Shown here: positions 14,988-26,255 of the stretch, one piece after another | Layout: each line of letters begins with the position of its first letter | How positions within the stretch are numbered: position 1 is the first letter of the stretch | Assembly: GCF_021246445.1 (NCBI RefSeq) | Contig: NZ_JAJQXW010000001.1 | Coordinates: 372,001-436,000, forward strand | Length of the DNA stretch: 64,000 nt | Origin: Rhabdothermincola salaria | GTDB lineage: Bacteria; Actinomycetota; Acidimicrobiia; Acidimicrobiales; Acidimicrobilacustridaceae | Direction: 5' to 3' | Position numbers and translations under genes: made by a program | The notes under the pieces: generated by a model | What the model saw: only the letters and a program-made list of their open reading frames with translations | Told to the model about the DNA's origin: nothing | The model's database searches: none

Positions 14988-16343
14988 GATGCCGGTCGCC
15001 CGGGCCGCTCTGACGAACTGGCGCGGGCTCAGGTAGAGCCTGGTGTCCAGGTCGAGGCGTGTACGGGCAAGCCACCAACCCCCGAAACCCTGAAGAACGC
15101 TTCCGACGCCGGAGGCCGTCGCGACGGCGAGCACGGACACGCCGGCGACGGTCAGCTCGGAAATGATGGTGATGGTGGCGACTGCGCTCATGACGCCGAG
15201 TACGGCCCGGTCGGAGCCGCCAGCCATCACGACCGTTTGGAACGCAGGGCCGAGACCGGCCGCGATGGTGAGTCCCGACATCAGGATCACTGCGGGCCAG
15301 TGGGATTGGGAGAAGAACTCGCCGAAGAACAGAGGGAGAAGCCATCCCCCGAGCGCGGCGATGAGGGCGGTCGACGTCGCCAGGAGGACGAAACCAACGG
15401 TTGCAGCGCAGCGCAGCAGACTCTCCAAGCGTGCATCTTCATGCCGGAGTCTGAAGCGCACGACGTACGGTTGGAGGAGCAGCTGGCTCACTAGGATGGG
15501 CGCCAGCGCCAAGGAGGCCACGCGGACGGCGGCCCCATAGGCGGCGGCGTCCTCGGTACCAAAGAACGCGCCCACGACCCATGTGTCCGCCTGGGTGATT
15601 CCGAGCGCGACGGCCCCGACTGTAGCTATTAGGGCTCCCGCCTTCGCCTGTCGGAGCATGTCTTCGCGGTGCGGGAAGCCTGACTGCACCGGTGCACGGC
15701 GCATCTCGACCAGGAGGAAGAGCAGTCCGACGAGAAAGGTGACTGCTGATGCGCCGAGTGAGAGGGCGAGCACCAGCTTCAGAGATGTCTGTGTGGGGCT
15801 GCCGAGCGTGGCGATCCACACCGCGCCTACGAGAACCGCAAAGATGACGGTTCGCCCAGGGCTCCCGACGATCGTGGCGAGTCCATGGCGGCGCATGCCG
15901 CGCTGAGCCTCGGATGGCACGAGCCGAAGTGATTCGAACAGCACCCACAGGCCGACTAACACCCCAGTGGCCGCGGCCTCTCCGGCCCCGAAGAGCTCTC
16001 GAGCAACTATCGGGAGCGTAAGCGCGACCAGCGTTGCCAGGATGATCGCCGCGACTGCGTTGACGGTCAGCGAGCTCGCGAGGACCCTGATCGCCGTGAC
16101 GTTCCGCAGGTGTTCGTGCGCCGCGAGCTCCCGCACGATCACCCGGTCCTGGCCCAGGCGGGCGATCATTGGGGCGAACAGCGCCACCACCGAGTAGAGG
16201 TAGTAGAGGCCGAGGTCACTGGGGGCCAGCATCCGGGCCAGCATCAGTGTCGACGCGAACGTCGCCGCCATGGCGATGGCTTGGCCACTGCCCGATGCAG
16301 CGAGCGCGCGGCCTGCGGCACGGCGAACGGAGGCAGGCTTCAC
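14970..16343 (-). CDS. Wzx-like oligosaccharide flippase (MOP superfamily)
   Basis: Many TM helices, LARMLAPSDLGLY and ADTWVVGAFFGTEDAAAYGAA motifs. Confidence 0.8.
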   Translation of the reverse strand: MKPASVRRAAGRALAASGSGQAIAMAATFASTLMLARMLAPSDLGLYYLYSVVALFAPMIARLGQDRVIVRELAAHEHLRNVTAIRVLASSLTVNAVAAIILATLVALTLPIVARELFGAGEAAATGVLVGLWVLFESLRLVPSEAQRGMRRHGLATIVGSPGRTVIFAVLVGAVWIATLGSPTQTSLKLVLALSLGASAVTFLVGLLFLLVEMRRAPVQSGFPHREDMLRQAKAGALIATVGAVALGITQADTWVVGAFFGTEDAAAYGAAVRVASLALAPILVSQLLLQPYVVRFRLRHEDARLESLLRCAATVGFVLLATSTALIAALGGWLLPLFFGEFFSQSHWPAVILMSGLTIAAGLGPAFQTVVMAGGSDRAVLGVMSAVATITIISELTVAGVSVLAVATASGVGSVLQGFGGWWLARTRLDLDTRLYLSPRQFVRAARATGIVSGAA

Positions 16344-17260
16344 CGGGGCGGCCGCTCGGACGGGTCACCGGGGCCCAGGCCAGCAGAGAAGCCAACGGCT
16401 CGTAGTTGGGGTGCGAAGTGCTCGAGGACCCGATGGATCTGGGCGTCGTTCGAGCCGCCGGTGACGTTGTCGTGCTTGAGAGCACTCGACTGGTCCGCCC
16501 CGTTCGGCGGCAGGTAGAGCACGTTGGGGCGAGGTACCCGTACCGCGCCGGTCCCGTTTAGGACGGCCGACACCTTGAACCACACGTCGTCCGCCGTCGG
16601 GCAGAACCGCTCAGCGAGGGCGTGGTCCAGAGCCATGGGTGCGAGCGCTCCAGGTGGGTACAGCACTCCTCCCACGCCGACCGGGAATGTCAATGCCGGT
16701 GTCGTGTCGGATCTGGCCTCCTTCCATGTCGCGTAGGGGGCAACCACCCCGTCGCTGCACTCCATGGCCAGGGCTCGGTGGGCCACCACCGTCCCCGGGC
16801 ACCGGGAGTGGACCTCAAGCAACTGGCGAAGCCAATGCCTCGGATACAACACGTCGTCGTCGGCGGTGGCCACGAGGCTTGTAGGGAAGCGTTCCACGGT
16901 TGGGATGAGCTTCTTGTAGCTCCGCTGGTCACCGTCGACGAAGACGAGATCGACTCCGTAGCCGGTCAGCCTGGTAAGGGATTCCGGCAGATCCGATGGC
17001 CCGATCTGGTCTCGTGACATGACCAGTTGGATCGAGTCCGGCCGGGACGATTGCTTGAGTAGGGACCGAAGGGTTAGGTGCACCTTGGGTAAGCGCTCAG
17101 GGATGGTCGTGAGTGACACCACGGCGTGTATTGAGCTTGCCTTAGAGCGACGAAATAGGTCGAGCCGACGTGCGGGAAGACGGGCCCTCATGAATTCGGA
17201 ACAGCGAAGAAGGGCCCTCGTTTCCCGCCGTTGGTAGGCGGGGACGTCGTGGGCAGTCAT
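16340..17260 (-). CDS. Putative GT-A fold glycosyltransferase
   Basis: VSLTTIPERL, SYKKLIP, TADDDVLYP (DxD-like), GVGGVLYPP, ADDVWF. Confidence 0.7.
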   Translation of the reverse strand: MTAHDVPAYQRRETRALLRCSEFMRARLPARRLDLFRRSKASSIHAVVSLTTIPERLPKVHLTLRSLLKQSSRPDSIQLVMSRDQIGPSDLPESLTRLTGYGVDLVFVDGDQRSYKKLIPTVERFPTSLVATADDDVLYPRHWLRQLLEVHSRCPGTVVAHRALAMECSDGVVAPYATWKEARSDTTPALTFPVGVGGVLYPPGALAPMALDHALAERFCPTADDVWFKVSAVLNGTGAVRVPRPNVLYLPPNGADQSSALKHDNVTGGSNDAQIHRVLEHFAPQLRAVGFSAGLGPGDPSERPPR

Positions 17261-18156
17261 GGAAGATCGAGGGGCGTGCGGCGGTCCGACGCGTGAACTG
17301 CCAGCAACAGCGGATTGCCAACGGGCACAGGTGCTGGCTTAGTCAACCGGAACCGACCTGCTCCATAGGCGCCCACCGGGCGAACCTCGGCGAAGCGGTA
17401 CCCAAGCTCATGCAGGATCCGCCTCGCTGACTTGTCGCCCGTTCTCCGATAATCAGCGTTCTCTTCGAACACCACCACGGGGCGGGCGGACTCCAGCATG
17501 AGGGTTCCACCCTCGAGGACATCGGGTTCGAATCCCTCGACGTCGATCTTCACGAGCCTGGGGCTGTTCAGCTCGACGCTGTCGAGTGTGCTAACCGGGA
17601 TCCGTAGGGTTGCAGCTCCGTGGTGCTTCTCGTTGCGTAGGAGACTTGCGGTCCCGCGATTGCGGGTGCTGGGCTCAGGCAGATTCAGCGAAGCGACACC
17701 GGGCTTGGCTCCGAGAGCGACCTCATGGACGACGACGTTTGACCGACCGTTGATCTCGCAATTCAACCGCACTCGGTTGGCGAGGTCAGGGACCGGTTCG
17801 AAAGCATGGGTCGTACCGTCTGGCGCGAGTCGGGAGAGCCGAAGTGTGTGGAGCCCACTGTTGGCTCCCACATCAATGCAGTCGTCGCCAGGATCTACGA
17901 CGGCTTCCAGGATCCGGCCAAGTGCTGGCTCGTACTCGCCGTAGACCCATGCCGACCAATCGACCCAGCTCCGCAGGTCGGCAAGGAACCAGTCACCCTG
18001 CGTTGTTCTGGTGACAACCGGCTGTTCGGGCGGCACCCACCCCGGCTTGCGGTATGACGCAGTAAGCAGTCGCTGGACTCCCCTGATTCGAATGTGATGG
18101 CCCATGAACCGGCCGAGTCGGGAGGTCGCCAAGCTCTGCACTTCTGCAGCGTACAC
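17257..18156 (-). CDS. FkbM-family methyltransferase
   Basis: IDVGANSG, HAFEP, KIDVEGFE. Start uncertain. Confidence 0.88.
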   Translation of the reverse strand: MYAAEVQSLATSRLGRFMGHHIRIRGVQRLLTASYRKPGWVPPEQPVVTRTTQGDWFLADLRSWVDWSAWVYGEYEPALGRILEAVVDPGDDCIDVGANSGLHTLRLSRLAPDGTTHAFEPVPDLANRVRLNCEINGRSNVVVHEVALGAKPGVASLNLPEPSTRNRGTASLLRNEKHHGAATLRIPVSTLDSVELNSPRLVKIDVEGFEPDVLEGGTLMLESARPVVVFEENADYRRTGDKSARRILHELGYRFAEVRPVGAYGAGRFRLTKPAPVPVGNPLLLAVHASDRRTPLDLP

Positions 18157-18216
18157 AGCACACTTCTCAGCAGGGCCAGGGCTGTTCGAACGCGATCAGC
18201 CTCAGGCGAACGGGCG

Positions 18217-19338
18217 TCAGGTGATGCTCAGCATCCGGTCCAGAGCCACCCTGGCCCACGCTGCTGTCTCGGGATCGACCGTGATCTGGTTGACCACCCG
18301 ACCCTCCACGAGGCCTTCGAGCACCCAGCACAGGTGCTGAGCGTCGATGCGGAACATCGTCGAGCACGGGCACACCAACGGGTCGAGGGAGACGACGGTC
18401 TTGTCCGGGGTCTCGTCGTTCAGGCGGTTCACCAGGTGGATCTCGGTGCCCACCCCGATGACCGCTCCTGGGGGAGCGGCTTCGACGGCCTTGATGATGT
18501 AGTCGGTGGAGCCGACCTGGTCGGCCACCTCGCACACGTCGTGGGCGCACTCGGGATGCACGACCACGATGCCGTCGGGGTGCTGGGCCCGGAACTCGGC
18601 CACGTGTTCGGGGCGGAACCGCTGATGCACCGAGCAGTGCCCCTTCCACAGCAAGAAGGTGGCGTCCTTCACATCGGCCTCGCTCAAGCCTCCTCGCTCG
18701 AGGCGGGGGTTCCACAGGCGCATGTCGGCCTCGGTGAAGCCGAGCTGGTGGCCGGTGTTGCGGCCGAGGTGCTGGTCGGGGAAGAACAGAACCTGCTTGC
18801 CGCCGGCGCCGTCGTCGGCCCGGTCGCCGAGTGAGAGGGCCCACTCCAGCACCGCCTTGGCGTTGGTGGAGGTGCACACCGCACCGCCGTGCTCGCCCAC
18901 GAAGGCCTTCAGCGCGGCCGAGGAGTTCATGTAGGTGATGGGGATCACCTTGGAGATGTCGGTGGTCTTGGCCAGCGCCTCCCAGGCCTCCTCCACCTCG
19001 TCGAGGTCGGCCATGTCGGCCATGGAGCACCCGGCGTTGAGGTCCGGCAGGATCACCTTCTGGTGCTCATCGGTGAGGATGTCGGCGGATTCGGCCATGA
19101 AGTGGACGCCGCAGAACACGATGTAGTCGGCCTCGGGATGCTGTTGGGCGAGCACGGAGAGCCGGAAGGAGTCTCCGCGGGCGTCGGCCCAGCGCATGAC
19201 CTCGTCGCGCTGGTAGTGGTGGCCGAGGATGAAGACGCGTTCACCGAGCGTGCGCTTGGCTGCGTCGATGCGGGACGCGAGGTCATCGAGCGTGGCGTCG
19301 GCGTACCGCTCGGGAAGCGGGATCTGGAGCCGCAACAT
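18217..19338 (-). CDS. nadA: Quinolinate synthase
   Basis: LGHHYQ, GDS, FCGVHFMAE, AGCSMA, YMNSSA, GHCSVH, HPEC, CPCSTM. ATG 19338 preferred over GTG 19404. Confidence 0.95.
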   Translation of the reverse strand: MLRLQIPLPERYADATLDDLASRIDAAKRTLGERVFILGHHYQRDEVMRWADARGDSFRLSVLAQQHPEADYIVFCGVHFMAESADILTDEHQKVILPDLNAGCSMADMADLDEVEEAWEALAKTTDISKVIPITYMNSSAALKAFVGEHGGAVCTSTNAKAVLEWALSLGDRADDGAGGKQVLFFPDQHLGRNTGHQLGFTEADMRLWNPRLERGGLSEADVKDATFLLWKGHCSVHQRFRPEHVAEFRAQHPDGIVVVHPECAHDVCEVADQVGSTDYIIKAVEAAPPGAVIGVGTEIHLVNRLNDETPDKTVVSLDPLVCPCSTMFRIDAQHLCWVLEGLVEGRVVNQITVDPETAAWARVALDRMLSIT

Positions 19339-19344
19339 GTTGTC

Positions 19345-19457
19345 TGGAACCCCCAGGGGGAAGAGGGCACCGATGGTGAGCGGTGGGGGCAGCCTGGTCG
19401 CCACGCCACGGGGATGTCGCTCTCGGTGTCCGATATGTCGCCGGATACCAGGCCGGC
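19345..19457 (-). ncRNA. Candidate NAD+-I (nadA-motif)-like riboswitch / structured leader
   Basis: TAGAGT -10 at 19469-19464. Leader folds CACCGA-GAGCG-[ACAUCCCC]-GUGG...CCAC-CGCUC-acca-UCGGUG, with competing GGCCUGGU/ACCAGGCU pairing. Similarity to the NAD+-I core is from memory and was not searched. Confidence 0.5.
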
Positions 19458-19555
19458 GGTGTCACTCTAGGTCAGCGCCAGCGAGATCGCGAACATTCCC
19501 GGAGGGCCCACCGTGGGCGACAGCGCCGCTGACGATGACCCGTACGATTGGGACG

Positions 19556-21448
19556 ATGGTCCAGCGTCCCCCAGCCGGCACGATCCCCGATGCTCCCGGC
19601 TCCTACCAGTTCAAGGACGCGCACGGACGGGTGATCTACGTGGGCAAGGCCAAGAGCCTGCGCCAGCGCCTCTCGAACTACTTCCAGAACCCGCGCAACC
19701 TGGCGCCGCGCACCGCCCAGATGGTGGCCACCGCCGAGTCCGTCGAGTGGATCCAGGTCCGCAACGACGTCGAGGCGCTCATGCTCGAGTACAGCCTCAT
19801 CAAGCAGCACCAGCCCCGGTTCAACATCCGCCTGCGCGACGACAAGAGCTACCCGTTCCTCGCCGTCACCCTCGACGACGAGTGGCCCCGGGCCACCGTC
19901 ATGCGCGGCGCCAAGCGCAAGGGCACCCGCTACTTCGGCCCCTACGCCCACGCCTGGGCCATCCGCGAGACCCTCGATCTGTTGTTGCGCACGTTCCCGA
20001 TCCGCACCTGCTCGCAGAACAAGTTCAACCGCCACGCCAAGCTCGGTCGGCCCTGCCTGTTGTTCCACATCGAGAAGTGCACCGGCCCCTGCGTGGGCGA
20101 GATCGCCAAACCCGACTACGACGACCTCGTCGACGAGCTGGTCAGCTTCCTCGACGGCGACACCGACACCGTCATCCGCCGCCTCGAGGCCCAGATGGCC
20201 GAGGCGGCCAGCGAGCTCGAGTTCGAGCGGGCGGCCCGGGTGCGTGACCGCCTGGGGGCGGTGCGCCAGGCCATCGAGAAGCAGCAGATGGTGGTGGAGC
20301 GCTCCGAGGACCTCGACGTGATCGGCCTGGCCGATGACGAGCTGGAAGCGGCGGTGCAGGTGTTCTTCGTGCGCCGGGGCCGGGTGGTGGGCCGCAAGGG
20401 GTTCGTGGTCGACAAGGCCGAGGACGTCACCCCCGGTGAGCTGGTCGACCGCATCCTCGAGGGCCTCTACGCCGACCCGCCCCCCATGGGCGTGCCCAAG
20501 CAGGTCCTCGTCCCCACCGAGAGCGCCGATCCCGAGCTCTACGAGGAGTTCCTGGGTGAGGTCCGGGGCTCGAAGGTCGCCATCCGGGTGCCCCAGCGCG
20601 GCGACAAGCGCGAGCTGATGGCCATGGTCACCCGCAACGCCGAGGAGGAGCTGGTGCGCCACCGGCTGCGCCGGGCGTCGGACCACAACACCCGGGCCCG
20701 GGCGCTCAACGAGCTCCAGCAGTACCTCGACCTCCCCGAAGCCCCGTTGCGCATCGAGTGCTACGACATGAGCCACATCCAGGGCAGCGACTACGTGGGC
20801 TCCATGGTCGTGCTCGAGGACGGTCTGCCCAAGAAGAGCGAGTATCGGCGCTTCAAGATCCGCAGCGGGCAGGGCAACGACGACTTCGCCGCCATGGAGG
20901 AGGTGCTCACCCGTCGCCTCCGCGCCTACCTCGAGGATCGGGAGAAGCCCGTCACCGAGCGGGGCGGCAAGTTCTCGTACCCGCCCCAGCTGTTGCTGGT
21001 CGACGGCGGCAAGGGGCAGCTCAGCGTGGTGGTCCGGGTGCTCGAGGAGCTGGGCCTCGACGAGGAGATCCCCGTCGCCTCGCTGGCCAAGCAGTTCGAG
21101 GAGGTCTACCGCCCGGGCGACCCGACGCCCATGCGCGTGCCCCGAGGCAGCGACGCCCTCTACCTGCTGCAACGCATCCGCGACGAGGCCCACCGCTTCG
21201 CCATCAGCTACCACCGCCAGCTGCGCGGCAAGCGCATGACCACCTCCGTCCTCGACGGCATCCCCGGCCTCGGGCCTACCCGCAAGGCCCGCCTGGTCAA
21301 GGAGCTCGGCGGTGTCGGCGCCGTGAAGAAGGCGTCGCTGGAGAACCTCAAGGAGCTCTCCTGGCTCCCGGACACCGTCGCCGAGGCCGTCCATACCAAG
21401 ATCCACGGTTCCAGCAGTCGCACGCCAGGCCCTACGGTCGGCTCGTGA
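19556..21448 (+). CDS. uvrC: Excinuclease ABC subunit C
   Basis: GIY-YIG region (VIYVGKAKSLRQR), RIECYDMSH, DGGKGQ, RDEAHRFA, HhH. ATG 7 nt after a TACGAT hexamer. Confidence 0.97.
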   Translation: MVQRPPAGTIPDAPGSYQFKDAHGRVIYVGKAKSLRQRLSNYFQNPRNLAPRTAQMVATAESVEWIQVRNDVEALMLEYSLIKQHQPRFNIRLRDDKSYPFLAVTLDDEWPRATVMRGAKRKGTRYFGPYAHAWAIRETLDLLLRTFPIRTCSQNKFNRHAKLGRPCLLFHIEKCTGPCVGEIAKPDYDDLVDELVSFLDGDTDTVIRRLEAQMAEAASELEFERAARVRDRLGAVRQAIEKQQMVVERSEDLDVIGLADDELEAAVQVFFVRRGRVVGRKGFVVDKAEDVTPGELVDRILEGLYADPPPMGVPKQVLVPTESADPELYEEFLGEVRGSKVAIRVPQRGDKRELMAMVTRNAEEELVRHRLRRASDHNTRARALNELQQYLDLPEAPLRIECYDMSHIQGSDYVGSMVVLEDGLPKKSEYRRFKIRSGQGNDDFAAMEEVLTRRLRAYLEDREKPVTERGGKFSYPPQLLLVDGGKGQLSVVVRVLEELGLDEEIPVASLAKQFEEVYRPGDPTPMRVPRGSDALYLLQRIRDEAHRFAISYHRQLRGKRMTTSVLDGIPGLGPTRKARLVKELGGVGAVKKASLENLKELSWLPDTVAEAVHTKIHGSSSRTPGPTVGS

Positions 21449-22218
21449 CCGGCACCGACGACCTCCTGCCCTCCGAGAACGCTGAGTTGTGGGAGGCGCA
21501 TGCCGACTGGTGGCAGCGGGAGTTCACCGAGGGCGTGGACCCCGAGTACACCGAGCAGATCCTGCCCATCGTCACCGAGTGGACGGCCGGGCACTCCCGG
21601 GTGCTGGAGGTCGGCACGGGGGAGGGGCAGGTCGCCCGGGCCGTCACGGCCGCCGCTCGACGAGACAGCAGGCCCGAGCCGCTCGTCGTCGGGGTCGACC
21701 CGACCGTCGCCCAGATCACCGAGGCCGCTCGCCGCGCCGGCGGCCCGGTCTACGCCCGGTCCGGCGCCGAGGCGCTGCCCTTCGCCGACGGCACCTTCGA
21801 CGCGGTGGTGTGTTGCCTGGTCTTCGAGCACATCGACGACGTCGACGGGGCCCTGGCCGAGGTGGCCCGGGTGCTCGAATCCGGTGGGCGGTTCGTCTTC
21901 TGCCTCAACCATCCGCTGCTGCAGACCCCCGGCTCCGGGTGGATCGACGACCAGATCCTCGACCCACCCGAGCAGTACTGGCGCATCGGCGCGTACCTCT
22001 CGGAGCAGGCCGTGGTCGAGCAGGTCGAGAAGGGCGTCTTCATCCGCTTCGTGCACCGCCCCTTGAGTCGCTACGTCAACGCCATGGCCGACGTGGGCCT
22101 CCAGCTCGAGCGCATGTTGGAGCCGGCTCCGCCGGCCGGCTTCCTCGCTCGAGCCCCGGAGTACCCCGAGGCCGCCTCCATCCCGCGCCTGCTCACGCTG
22201 GTGGCCCGACGGGTGTGA
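21445..22218 (+). CDS. Class I SAM-dependent methyltransferase
   Basis: LEVGTGEG, AEALPFADGTFD, HRPLSRY; GTGA overlap with the uvrC stop. Confidence 0.85.
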   Translation: MTGTDDLLPSENAELWEAHADWWQREFTEGVDPEYTEQILPIVTEWTAGHSRVLEVGTGEGQVARAVTAAARRDSRPEPLVVGVDPTVAQITEAARRAGGPVYARSGAEALPFADGTFDAVVCCLVFEHIDDVDGALAEVARVLESGGRFVFCLNHPLLQTPGSGWIDDQILDPPEQYWRIGAYLSEQAVVEQVEKGVFIRFVHRPLSRYVNAMADVGLQLERMLEPAPPAGFLARAPEYPEAASIPRLLTLVARRV

Positions 22219-22303
22219 CCGCGGCGTGAACTCGGCCTGAACCTCGGCTCCGAGCGGTCTCCGGGGACCTCGGCGCCGCCCGTAGGCCGGTAGCGTGCCG
22301 GGC

Positions 22304-23158
22304 ATGAGCGACTTCGTGGTCATCACGGGGCTCTCCGGGGCGGGCCGGTCCGAGGCCGCCAACATCCTCGAGGACCTCGGCTGGTTCGTCATCGACAACC
22401 TGCCGCCCGCGCTCATGACCAAGGTGGCCGAGCTGGCCCACGCCCCCGGCGCCGGCATCGCCAAGGTGGTGCTCGTCGTCGGCACCGGGCCGTACCACAA
22501 CGAGGTGCTGCCCGCCCTCGAGGCGCTGCGCCGCCAGGGCGGACGGGTGCGCATCGCCTACTTCGAGGCCGGCACCGACGTGCTGGTGCGCCGCTACGAG
22601 TCCAGCCGTCGCCGTCACCCCCTCGCCGCCCCCGACCTCACCCTCGCCGACACCATCGAGGCCGAGCGTGAGCTGCTCGGCCCGGTGAAGGCCGAGGCCG
22701 ACGTCGTCGTCGACACCTCCGAGCTCAACGTCCACGAGCTGCGCACCCGCGTGCAGGACCTCTTCGCCGAGGACACCCCGGCGTCGGGCATGCAGACCAC
22801 GCTCATCTCGTTCGGCTACAAGCACGGGCTGCCCCTCGACACCGACCTCGTCATCGACTGCCGGTTCCTCCCCAACCCGCACTGGGTGGAGGAGCTGCGC
22901 CCCCAGACCGGCCTCGACCAACCGGTGAAGGACTACGTCCTCGGCCAGGACATCACCGCCGAGTTCCTCGACGAGATGCGGTCGCTGCTCGAGCTGTTGT
23001 TGCCGGCGTACGTGAAGGAAGGCAAGTCCTACCTCACCATCGCGTTCGGCTGCACCGGCGGCCGACACCGCTCGGTGGCCATCGCCGAGGAGATCGCCGC
23101 CGGGCTGCGCGCCGACGGTTTCGACCTGCGGGTCACCCATCGCGACCTCGGTCGCTGA
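22304..23158 (+). CDS. rapZ: RNase adapter RapZ-family P-loop protein
   Basis: ITGLSGAGRS, IDNLP, RRRHPL, SFGYKHG, RFLPNPHW, GCTGGRHRSV. Confidence 0.95.
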   Translation: MSDFVVITGLSGAGRSEAANILEDLGWFVIDNLPPALMTKVAELAHAPGAGIAKVVLVVGTGPYHNEVLPALEALRRQGGRVRIAYFEAGTDVLVRRYESSRRRHPLAAPDLTLADTIEAERELLGPVKAEADVVVDTSELNVHELRTRVQDLFAEDTPASGMQTTLISFGYKHGLPLDTDLVIDCRFLPNPHWVEELRPQTGLDQPVKDYVLGQDITAEFLDEMRSLLELLLPAYVKEGKSYLTIAFGCTGGRHRSVAIAEEIAAGLRADGFDLRVTHRDLGR

Positions 23159-23266
23159 GGCCTTTCGTCAACCTCGACCTCCCCGATGGGCGAGACTGGC
23201 AGGACCCCGGACGATCTGATCGGATGGGGGCCACTTCTCTGGCGAGCTCACTTGGAGGCACCTGCT

Positions 23267-24277
<1,011 letters not shown>

Positions 24278-24289
24278 CCCGCCGCCCCG

Positions 24290-25406
<1,117 letters not shown>

Positions 25407-25417
<11 letters not shown>

Positions 25418-26186
25418 GCGCAAACCCCTCATCTCCGGCAACTGGAAGATGAACCTCAACCACTTCGAGGCCACCGCCACCCTCGACAAGCTGCGCTACC
25501 TGCTCGCCAAGGACGACTACGAAGTGGTCGACGTGTCGGTGCACCCGCCGTTCACCGACATCCGCACCGTGCAGACCTTCCTCGAGAGCGAGAAGGTGCC
25601 CATCGCCATCGGCGCCCAGAACTGCCACTGGGAGGACAAGGGCGCCTACACCGGCGAGGTCGCCCCGCCCATGCTGGCCAAGCTCAACGTGGCCTACGTG
25701 ATCGTCGGGCACAGCGAGCGCCGCGAGATCTTCGGCGAGACCGATGTCGAGGTCGGCCGCAAGGTCAAGGCCGTGTTCACCCATGGGATGACGCCGATCC
25801 TGTGCTGCGGCGAGACCCTCGAGGAGCGCGAGGGCGAGGCCCACCACGGCAAGATCACCGGCCAGGTGCACGCCGGCATCGAGGTCCTCACCGCCGAGCA
25901 GGTCGCCACCATGGTCATCGCCTACGAGCCCATCTGGGCCATCGGCACCGGCCGCACCGCCAGCGCGGACGACGCCCAGGAGGTGTGCGGCTGGATCCGG
26001 GCCAAGGTGGCCGACATGAAGGGCGCCGACGCCGCCGCCGCGGTGCGCATCCAGTACGGGGGGTCGGTGAAGGCGGCCAACGCCGCCGAGCTCATGGGCC
26101 AGCCCGACATCGACGGCGCCCTCGTCGGCGGAGCGGCCCTCGACCCCGACGAGTTCGCCAAGATCGTCCAGTTCCGTCTGGCCTGA
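25407..26186 (+). CDS. tpiA: Triosephosphate isomerase
   Basis: GNWKMN, GHSERR, AYEPIWAIGTG, YGGSV. Confidence 0.98.
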
Positions 26187-26255
26187 GCCGGCAGCAGCGC
26201 CGCGGTGCGCCGCGGTGCTCGGCCGGCCGGTCGAGCAGCGGCGTGCCGTGACCGT

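Noticed and set aside
10685..18156. Mobile element or prophage origin of the glycan island
   Set aside because: No integrase, transposase, tRNA or flanking direct repeats were found.
18181..18220. CGAAC/GTTCG half-sites downstream of nadA resembling the uvrA SOS box
   Set aside because: The best arrangement has at least two mismatches to GAAC-N4-GTTC.
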